Assembly: GCA_964545365.1 (NCBI GenBank) | Contig: CAZJFM010000007.1 | Span: 573 to 64,572 of the forward strand | DNA: 64,000 nt | Origin: an uncultured Candidatus Competibacteraceae bacterium | Lineage (GTDB): Bacteria > Bacteroidota > Bacteroidia > CAIKAF01 | Reading direction: 5' to 3' | Shown: in pieces, positions 57,280-64,000 of the stretch | Numbering within the stretch: position 1 is the first letter of the stretch | Layout of the letters: the number at the start of each line of letters is the position of its first letter | Notes under the pieces: model-generated | Databases searched by the model: none | Seen by the model: the letters and a program-made list of their open reading frames with translations, nothing else | What the model was told of the DNA's origin: nothing | Position numbers and translations under genes: made by a program

Positions 57280-58169
57280 GGGTGAAAATTTTCGAGCTGT
57301 TTGCTTAGGAAACTTCGGTCTAGGTGGGTATATATTTCGGTCGTGGTAATGGAGGCATGGCCCAGCATGGCTTGTACCATGCGGAGGTCTGCGCCGCCCT
57401 CCACCAGGTGGGTGGCAAAAGCATGCCTTAGGCTGTGTGGGCTAATGGTTTTATGAATTCCTGCCTTGGCGGCCAGTGTTTTAATGGTAATAAAGACCAT
57501 TTGTCGGCTTAAGGTTCCACCGCGTCGGTTGAGAAAGACAAACTCTTTGGCTTCTGGTTTCACCGGCACATGCACTCGGATGTGGTTTAAATAGGTGCTT
57601 AAGGAGTGTAAGGCGCCTTCGTTTGCAGGAACCAGTCGCTCTTTGTTTCCTTTTCCGGTGACGCGCAAAAAGGCTTCGTCAAAGAATACATCGCCGCGTT
57701 TTAGGCGGGTTAATTCTGAAACCCTTAGGCCACAGCCGTAGAGGAGTTCCAATATGGCTTTGTTTCTGCCTCCTTCGGGGCTGCTCAGGTCTATTTGCTG
57801 CAGCATGGCATCAATTTCCGAGGTGTCGAGCACCTGCGGTAATTTTCGCTCCAGCTTGGGCATGTCTACATACTCGGTGGGGTCCATGGTTTTGCCTTCT
57901 TTGAGCCGAAGAAAGCGATGAAAGGAACGAATGCCGGATATCATACGGGCCTGCGTTCGGCTCGACAAGCCCAGGTCGAGCAGGTGGGCCAAAAATGCTT
58001 CCAGAGATGCTCCGGAGGCTTGGTCTAGGGAGTTGTTGTTGGATTCAAGCCAGTTTAGCCAGTTGGCAGCGTCTTGCACATAGGCTTTAACCGAATGGTC
58101 GGCCAGTCCTTGCTCCAGTAGCAACCAAGCTTCGAAGGCGCTTAGCCTTGCGGTGTGGCTTTGTGACAT
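57267..58169 (-). CDS. xerD: Tyrosine site-specific recombinase XerD
   Basis: R…HxxR…Y catalytic residues (LRVSEL, HSLRHAFATHL, TTEIYTHL). Divergent from aroQ, the conserved housekeeping arrangement. Confidence 0.8.
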   Translation of the reverse strand: MSQSHTARLSAFEAWLLLEQGLADHSVKAYVQDAANWLNWLESNNNSLDQASGASLEAFLAHLLDLGLSSRTQARMISGIRSFHRFLRLKEGKTMDPTEYVDMPKLERKLPQVLDTSEIDAMLQQIDLSSPEGGRNKAILELLYGCGLRVSELTRLKRGDVFFDEAFLRVTGKGNKERLVPANEGALHSLSTYLNHIRVHVPVKPEAKEFVFLNRRGGTLSRQMVFITIKTLAAKAGIHKTISPHSLRHAFATHLVEGGADLRMVQAMLGHASITTTEIYTHLDRSFLSKQLENFHPWSH

Positions 58170-58264
58170 AGTGCAAAATTAGCGATTCCCTTTGTGCTAT
58201 GCTTAGGCTTATTGGCTTTGGTTTTTTTGACGCGTTCGGCGATAAATTCTTCGTAATTTGGCGT

Positions 58265-58675
58265 ATGGAAATTGCAGTAGTGAATGGGCCAAACCTTGGT
58301 CGTCTGGGAAAGCGGCTACCGGAGGTTTATGGAAATAAAAGCCTACAAGACGTTGAATCAGAATTGCGTGCGCTATACCCCATGGTTCAATGGACCTTTT
58401 TTCAGAGCAACCACGAGGGGGCGCTCATTGATTTTTTAGAGTCGAGTGGGGCAGATGGGCTCATTATCAACGGAGGAGCATTGGCCCATCAAAGTTATGC
58501 TTTGGCCGATGCTTTGGAGGCTTGGGAGCGCCCATCGGTAGAGGTCCATATTTCCAATGTATTTAAGCGTGAGTCTTTTAGGCAAAAAAGTCTTTTAGCG
58601 CCTCAAGTTGATGGTCAAATCTATGGTTTAGGCGTGAGTGGCTATACCCTTGCAGCTCAATGGCTTATTTATTAG
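58265..58675 (+). CDS. aroQ: 3-dehydroquinate dehydratase, type II
   Basis: MEIAVVNGPNLGRLGKR…SNHEGALID…INGGALAHQSYAL…HISN matches the type II DHQase signature. Confidence 0.85.
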   Translation: MEIAVVNGPNLGRLGKRLPEVYGNKSLQDVESELRALYPMVQWTFFQSNHEGALIDFLESSGADGLIINGGALAHQSYALADALEAWERPSVEVHISNVFKRESFRQKSLLAPQVDGQIYGLGVSGYTLAAQWLIY

Positions 58676-59741
58676 ATTTTGAAGTGTTGTTAAGCGGAAA
58701 TTCTTGGAGACCTAATTCTGAAAATTTACTTTGTTTTTTCACAAAATACCGCCAAACCAGATAGACCCGGCTTAGCGGTGCATCTGTTTTTTTCTTTATT
58801 TTTTTTCTCTCCCTTAGCACTTGAGGAATGCGCAGGTAAAAATGGATATGGGCTTTAAACACGGCCAGAAATTGCGCCATGCCTTTTGGTCCAAAAAGCA
58901 TTTTAAGTGCTGCCACTCCGTCCAAAATCATGCGCATTAGTAAAATGGGAGGTAGTTTATGGCCGGGTAAATTTTTGGCAAGGAGCAGCAGGTTATTTCT
59001 AAAATTCAAATAGGTTTTGCGTGGGTTCAGTTGGTCAAGAGTTCCTCCGCCAACATGGTACACGGTACTTTGTGGAATTACCGCCAACCAATGTCCTTGG
59101 GCTTGAAGTCGCCAACATAAATCGATTTCCTCCATATGGGCAAAAAAGCTCGGGTCGAGTCCTCCTGCCTCCAAATAGGCTTTACGGCGCACCAAAAGAG
59201 CACATCCGGTAGCCCAAGCAATACGGATAGGGTTTTGGTATTGTGCATGGTCAATTTCGCAGGAGTCAAATAGCCTGCCACGGCAAAATGGGTATCCTAG
59301 GGCATCTATAAATCCCCCTGAGGCTCCGGCATACTCAAAGCGTTCGGGATCCTTATAGGCCAACACTTTGGGCTGGCAGGCTGCGCAATCCGGAAAGTCT
59401 TCCATGGCTTTTTGCAGAGGGTTAAGCCAATGGGCGCTTGGTGCTACGTCGGAGTTCAAAAGCAAAACCAAATCGTTTGGTATTTGAGCAATGGCTTTGT
59501 TGTAGCCTTCGGCAAATCCAAAATTTTGGTCAAAGAACAAGGTATGTACCTGCGGGAATTGAGCCAGAAGCAATGCACGGCTTTCGTCGCTGCTGCCATT
59601 ATCGGCCACCCATACTTGATGCGGGGCAGGGCTGTGCTTAAGTACCTCCGGCAGGAATTGTTTGAGCCAATGCGCTCCGTTCCAATTTAAAATAACTACT
59701 GCAATGCCTTGGGAGGCAGTTTTTTGCTCCTCTTGACTCAT
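58665..59741 (-). CDS. Glycosyltransferase family 2
   Basis: IAVVILNWNG…ADNGSSD and DxD/ED-like motifs. ATGA-coupled downstream of the GWxTD gene. Confidence 0.7.
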   Translation of the reverse strand: MSQEEQKTASQGIAVVILNWNGAHWLKQFLPEVLKHSPAPHQVWVADNGSSDESRALLLAQFPQVHTLFFDQNFGFAEGYNKAIAQIPNDLVLLLNSDVAPSAHWLNPLQKAMEDFPDCAACQPKVLAYKDPERFEYAGASGGFIDALGYPFCRGRLFDSCEIDHAQYQNPIRIAWATGCALLVRRKAYLEAGGLDPSFFAHMEEIDLCWRLQAQGHWLAVIPQSTVYHVGGGTLDQLNPRKTYLNFRNNLLLLAKNLPGHKLPPILLMRMILDGVAALKMLFGPKGMAQFLAVFKAHIHFYLRIPQVLRERKKIKKKTDAPLSRVYLVWRYFVKKQSKFSELGLQEFPLNNTSKSNK

Positions 59742-61198
59742 CGGGGCTGATCAAACAAATCTCGGCTCCAACTGCCGTAGTGGTTCATGACATCGTTTTG
59801 ATCTACCCCAAAGCTGTTGTTGCGGTTGTGCACAAACATCTGCCATTGGCGGTTGTTGATTTCCCCGCGGCAATTGGAGTGAATAAGGATAAAGTCATTG
59901 TCGATGGAGTTGGGGTTGTAAAAGACAAAACGCACATTGGTTTGAGCTCCAATTTGATAGTATTGCCAAATCTCGTAGGGGTACGCAGAAGGCTCATTGT
60001 AGCGCTTATTTACAGCATTGGGTGGGCCATACTGCAAATACACACGGCCTCTGTCGGTATCGTAACCTCTCATGGCATGCGTACCAAACTCTTGGTTCAT
60101 GGCAGCTACCAAACGTTTGTGCTTTAACCAAGCCAACTCCGGGTTTTTGGGGTCTTTTTGATTCCAAAAGCCAAGCAAAAAGCGTTTGATTTTAAGGGTA
60201 TCCTCGCTTTTGGCCATGTTTTGAGCAAATTGCTTTTGTCTTCCTTCGCTTATGGGCACCAAACAGCGGGCCATTTCTTGCAGAGTGTCTAAATCTTGTA
60301 CATGTTCTACAAAAGAGCCTTCGATGACTAGTTTGGACAACTCTTCTTCGGTTAATTCGGGCATTAGGCCGTCGCGATAAAACAGTTTTTTGCGCTGCGC
60401 AACTTGGGTTCCGGTATTGTCTAGGATTTGAATCTCCAGTTCGTAATAGCCCGGGAGCAACTTGGCAATGGGCAATTGACCTATAAAAGGCTTGGAGGTA
60501 GAAGCGTTCATGCGCTTAATAAAAGCGGCTTCGGGAACGGCTTGTTGGCTGTCCGAGTGTTTTATCTGGCCGCGAAGCGCAAAGCCAGTGTTGGCGCCCA
60601 AAAATTGCTCGGTATCCCAAGCCTCCACATAAAATTTAAGGACTTCTTCTTCGGGGAATACATAGGATTGTATTCTTGGCATCAATTCTAAATCGCCTCT
60701 TTTAAGCCTCGGGTTATTTCCGGCAAAGGGCTGGAGCGATTCAATAAGCATGATTCCACTCAAGCTAGGGCCTTCGCCCGGGGTCACCCACAGGCTGTCT
60801 ATATGTTGGATTTTACTGCTGTCTTTGGCATTTAGGTCTTGTATAATCCATTCGATTTGGTAGGCTCCTTGGTTCAAGGGAAGTCTATGCACATCAAACA
60901 AGTCGCCTAACTCTTGCTCGGTTTCGTTGTAGCTTTGGCTCTCCAGGACATATTTATCGTAGGCTTTGATTTCTCCATTTTGTGTCGCCAAAACAAGCAC
61001 TTGAATGGTAGCCTGAAATTTGCCTTCTTCGTTTTTTACATATTCAAGACTTTTGCCTTCCAGCAACAGCCAGCTTTCCAGATACCGTTCCCCTGCTCCG
61101 GACATAAACAATTCATACCCCAGGGATGCATTGATGCCTGCCCAAACCTGTCCGAGCGGAATAAAGAAAAGCGCAACAATCCAAAGCTTTTTAACCAT
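59738..61198 (-). CDS. GWxTD-domain protein (secreted)
   Basis: Signal peptide. C-terminal GWxTD-like block (…FWNQKDP…GYDTDRGRVYLQYGPP…PYEIWQYY). Confidence 0.5.
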   Translation of the reverse strand: MVKKLWIVALFFIPLGQVWAGINASLGYELFMSGAGERYLESWLLLEGKSLEYVKNEEGKFQATIQVLVLATQNGEIKAYDKYVLESQSYNETEQELGDLFDVHRLPLNQGAYQIEWIIQDLNAKDSSKIQHIDSLWVTPGEGPSLSGIMLIESLQPFAGNNPRLKRGDLELMPRIQSYVFPEEEVLKFYVEAWDTEQFLGANTGFALRGQIKHSDSQQAVPEAAFIKRMNASTSKPFIGQLPIAKLLPGYYELEIQILDNTGTQVAQRKKLFYRDGLMPELTEEELSKLVIEGSFVEHVQDLDTLQEMARCLVPISEGRQKQFAQNMAKSEDTLKIKRFLLGFWNQKDPKNPELAWLKHKRLVAAMNQEFGTHAMRGYDTDRGRVYLQYGPPNAVNKRYNEPSAYPYEIWQYYQIGAQTNVRFVFYNPNSIDNDFILIHSNCRGEINNRQWQMFVHNRNNSFGVDQNDVMNHYGSWSRDLFDQPR

Positions 61199-61343
61199 AA
61201 TACAAAGATAATACCTTCTTTTTAGCCCTGTGAAGCGGCCCTATGCTGCAGTGACAGCTTTTTCAAACTTAGGCTATTACTCAACAAGGTCGGTATTGCT
61301 CTTAAGCTGTGCAAATACAAATGCCGTGTTTTGTCGGCAAAAT

Positions 61344-62702
61344 TTACTTCACCAGTTTATAGATTTGGTCGAATCCTCCCAAGCTAGGCGGAGCGGCAGG
61401 GGCATGCACCAAATTCCCTTGTTTGTCAATCAAGTAATACGCAGAGGAGCCTTGTAAGTCGTAAGCACGCGTAATTTCAGGATTGATAAGGCCAAAACTG
61501 CCTTTTAAATCGTGTTTCTTCACCAATTGGTGAAGGCTTGTGAAATTGCAATCCAAGCAAATACCTACCACCTTTAACTCTTTTTCGAAGGGCCCAAAAA
61601 AGGCACGGGTTCCCAGCAATTCGCTCAAAGTCCCCGGGTTTTGGGCGCTGAAAAAAACCAGATAAACAGCCCATTTGTCTTTAAAGTCGTTTAACGAGAA
61701 GCTTTTTCCCATGGGGTCAAGCGCTTCAAGGGCAGGGGCGGGTTTGCCCGGACTTAATTTATCCAAATCTTGAATGAAATGCCGGGTTATTTGCTTTAAC
61801 CGCGGGTGCACTTGCTTTTCTTGTGCACGGCGCAGCAAATGCAGCAGTTTGGCTTTGGGTATGCCTTTTTCATAATGCCAATCGAACAAGCCATACACCA
61901 CAAAGAGCTCGCCTACTTCTCTACCGGTAATCAGTTCTTGCTGCATTACGTAATGAAACAAGCTGTCGTAGTTGGGTTTGGTCATAATGGCATCGTAGAG
62001 TTTCCCACCTGAAGATTGGCTGGCCCATTCCAATAGTTTGCCTTTGTATACGTCTTTAAAGAAGGCGAGGTAGTCGGGATGATCGTACAAAACTTCTTGG
62101 TTAAACAGATAGCTTTCAGCAGCTTTTTGCTCGCCAATTAGTCGCGTTACCATAAGCAAATCCGCAATCCTGTAGGCTGCCATTTGCCGCACATAGGGCA
62201 GGGGATGGTTTCCGTACCGCTCTTTGCTTTCCTTTGCAAAGCGTAGGGTCATACTTCGGTAGTCTCCTTTGGTAAAGGCTTCGTAGTTGTCGGCAATAAA
62301 ATCGTTGTACCACCGGTTAAATGAGGAGACTTCAAACCAATATCCGCTGGTATCGTTGTTGTCTGTTAAGCCTATTTGTCCCGGATCGCTGCCCGGTATG
62401 ATTAATTCATAGGTTTTACCTGCTTCCGGATGCAAGGCTGTTCTTTCTCTTTCCAGCAGCAGATGGTAGTTCACCAAGCTATCGCTCAGTTCGCTCAGCC
62501 GCAATTCGAAATTTCCATCGGCATCAATAGTGGTTTCATCTAGGGTAAACTCGCTTTGAATCAGCAAATCACCGTAGGCCTTTATTTGGATGGTTTTTCC
62601 ACTAAAGAATGGCGCATTTCCCTTAAAACGAACCTCTTGCCCAAATCCGTTCATTAAGGGGAGTACTAAGCCAAAAAATAATCCTAATCTACCGGTTTGC
62701 AT
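61344..62702 (-). CDS. Secreted protein with C-terminal thioredoxin-like (TlpA/redoxin-fold) domain lacking a clear CxxC
   Basis: Signal peptide. C-terminal …FKDKWAVYLVFFSAQNPGT…VVGICLD… is a redoxin-like fold. Confidence 0.45.
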   Translation of the reverse strand: MQTGRLGLFFGLVLPLMNGFGQEVRFKGNAPFFSGKTIQIKAYGDLLIQSEFTLDETTIDADGNFELRLSELSDSLVNYHLLLERERTALHPEAGKTYELIIPGSDPGQIGLTDNNDTSGYWFEVSSFNRWYNDFIADNYEAFTKGDYRSMTLRFAKESKERYGNHPLPYVRQMAAYRIADLLMVTRLIGEQKAAESYLFNQEVLYDHPDYLAFFKDVYKGKLLEWASQSSGGKLYDAIMTKPNYDSLFHYVMQQELITGREVGELFVVYGLFDWHYEKGIPKAKLLHLLRRAQEKQVHPRLKQITRHFIQDLDKLSPGKPAPALEALDPMGKSFSLNDFKDKWAVYLVFFSAQNPGTLSELLGTRAFFGPFEKELKVVGICLDCNFTSLHQLVKKHDLKGSFGLINPEITRAYDLQGSSAYYLIDKQGNLVHAPAAPPSLGGFDQIYKLVK

Positions 62703-62708
62703 AGTGCT

Positions 62709-63206
62709 CTAACGCTTTTTTTGCCTGTCCATTGCTTGTTCCAAGACAATCCCCTTGGGTAAAAATGGGCGCGTATCTCCTCCATGCCTGTAAATGTCGC
62801 GCACTATGCTGGAGTTTATGGCCGATAAACCGGGGTCTGATACCAAAAATACCGTTTCAATGCCCGGTTCCATGGCCTGGTTGGCTTGTGCAATATTGCG
62901 TTCAAATTCAAAGTCCGTACTGCTCCTCAATCCCCGCAAAATAAAGGTGGCTTCTCGCTTTTTGCAATATTGAATGGTAAGCCCGTCAAAATAATCCACC
63001 TTAACTTTTGCTTCGTCTTTGAACACCAATTCCAACCAGGCTATGCGCTGCTCCAAGCTAAACATGGTTTGTTTTTTGGCATTGTGACCTATGGCCAACC
63101 AAATTTCGTCAAACATGGGTAGCGCTCTTTTTACAAGCGCTTCGTGTCCGCGGGTCACAGGGTCAAAAGTTCCCGGGTAAACGGCAATGCGCGGCAATCT
63201 TTCCAT
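62709..63206 (-). CDS. coaD: Phosphopantetheine adenylyltransferase
   Basis: IAVYPGTFDPVTRGHEALV…ATFILRGLR…SSIVRD matches CoaD. Confidence 0.85.
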   Translation of the reverse strand: MERLPRIAVYPGTFDPVTRGHEALVKRALPMFDEIWLAIGHNAKKQTMFSLEQRIAWLELVFKDEAKVKVDYFDGLTIQYCKKREATFILRGLRSSTDFEFERNIAQANQAMEPGIETVFLVSDPGLSAINSSIVRDIYRHGGDTRPFLPKGIVLEQAMDRQKKR

Positions 63207-63210
63207 GTTT

Positions 63211-63771
63211 TTAGGATTCAATTTCGCTTGGATTTCTAAATAAAGAAAAATGCACCGAGCCGTATTTGCGCGTTTCTAAATATCCGGGCAACTGCTCCAG
63301 GTTTGCCAACATTTCCGGACCGTGTTCACAGATCATAAGTCCCTCTTTTGCCAGCAAGCCCCGCTCCAGCGCAAGTCCGGGGAGTTTAGCATAATCGTCC
63401 AGGCCGTAGGGTGGATCCATAAAAATTAAGTCCCAGGCTTGTCCGCCTTGCCGCAACCATCGAAAGGCATCGCTTTGAAAGGCTTGACCTTTATTGTCCA
63501 AGTCCCAAGCTTTGAGGGTGTCTAGAATATGTTTGGTAACTACAGGGCTATGGTCCACAAAGTCAACTCGTGCCGCTCCTCTCGACAACATTTCCAAGCC
63601 AATGGAACCTGTTCCACAGCATAAATCCAAGGCATGCATGGAGGGCCAATCCAACAAATGACGAAGCACATTGAACAAGGCTTCCCTTGCACGATCGGTG
63701 GTTGGCCTCAACTCCATTTTCTTGGAGGGCCTAATTACACGTCCTTTATGGCTTCCGGCGATTATTCGCAC
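63211..63771 (-). CDS. rsmD: 16S rRNA (guanine966-N2)-methyltransferase RsmD
   Basis: MRIIAGSHKGR…ALDLCCGTGSIGLEMLSRGA…FMDPPY matches RsmD. Confidence 0.8.
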   Translation of the reverse strand: MRIIAGSHKGRVIRPSKKMELRPTTDRAREALFNVLRHLLDWPSMHALDLCCGTGSIGLEMLSRGAARVDFVDHSPVVTKHILDTLKAWDLDNKGQAFQSDAFRWLRQGGQAWDLIFMDPPYGLDDYAKLPGLALERGLLAKEGLMICEHGPEMLANLEQLPGYLETRKYGSVHFSLFRNPSEIES

Positions 63772-64000
63772 TTAGTCGCGCCAGTTTCCGGTAGTAATGG
63801 GTTCCGCCAAAGACCCTACTTGAATAATCGAATCCAACCGAAGTCTTCCATAGTCCTGACGCAAATCCAACAAAAAGTCATCGTAATTGGCACTTAATGC
63901 AAACACTGGCACTTCAGCTCCTTCGTCGGTATACAACAAGTCGGCTTCCAGGGTAAAAGTTTTTCCTTCCTGATTGTATGGAATATAAGGCATGGAATCT
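63772..64000 (-). CDS. Hypothetical protein, C-terminal fragment (gene continues beyond window)
   Basis: Open frame ends at 63772 and runs to the window edge. In Bacteroidota the gene upstream of rsmD is often a DUF3822-type gene, but that is not verifiable here. Confidence 0.3.
   Translation of the reverse strand, partial: DSMPYIPYNQEGKTFTLEADLLYTDEGAEVPVFALSANYDDFLLDLRQDYGRLRLDSIIQVGSLAEPITTGNWRD

Noticed and set aside
55436-58169. tRNA-Leu followed by a tyrosine recombinase, read as a possible integrated genomic island
   Set aside because: The recombinase has XerD-type motifs and sits divergently next to aroQ, a conserved housekeeping arrangement in Bacteroidota. I did not notice a direct repeat of the tRNA 3' end elsewhere in the window. 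Flanking genes (cyclase, aroQ, glycosyltransferases) are not phage or ICE-like.
1-64000. Defence island, toxin-antitoxin pair, retron or other dedicated defence or mobile system
   Set aside because: Reading all ORFs of 60 aa or more on both strands found no reverse transcriptase, no Cas or Argonaute, no restriction-modification methyltransferase or HsdR/M/S set (only a small standalone HsdR-N-like domain), no toxin-antitoxin pair architecture, no transposase and no phage structural genes. The window looks like core chromosome. The novelty, if any, is in the non-coding repeats and local regulation.

Overview
The window looks like a Bacteroidota chromosomal segment of roughly 50% GC. Evidence for the phylum is two secreted peptidases with type IX secretion (T9SS) C-terminal sorting domains, a TAnnTTTG -7 promoter motif, and a bshC gene. 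It is densely packed with housekeeping and envelope genes. These include ftsE, rpsP, rimM, rplS, rpmE2 (ribosomal protein L31 type B), holA, prfC, lepB, lgt, mtaB, acpH, coaD, rsmD, xerD, aroQ and one tRNA-Leu(GAG). There are also LptD-like, amidase and MlaD envelope genes, and a translationally coupled cluster of a lytic transglycosylase, two SGNH-family hydrolases and an MBOAT-family O-acyltransferase. I see no CRISPR array, transposase, prophage or recognisable defence or toxin system. The unexplained signal is in the intergenic DNA. There are at least two families of GC-rich (~65% GC) structured palindromic repeats. One pair of the first family flanks a single gene in inverted orientation. 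A 16-bp inverted repeat encloses three tandem 27-bp hairpin units. Four copies of an 18-bp palindromic operator lie between a T9SS-secreted M1 aminopeptidase and an XRE-type regulator. All calls come from reading the six-frame translations and the DNA, with no database search.
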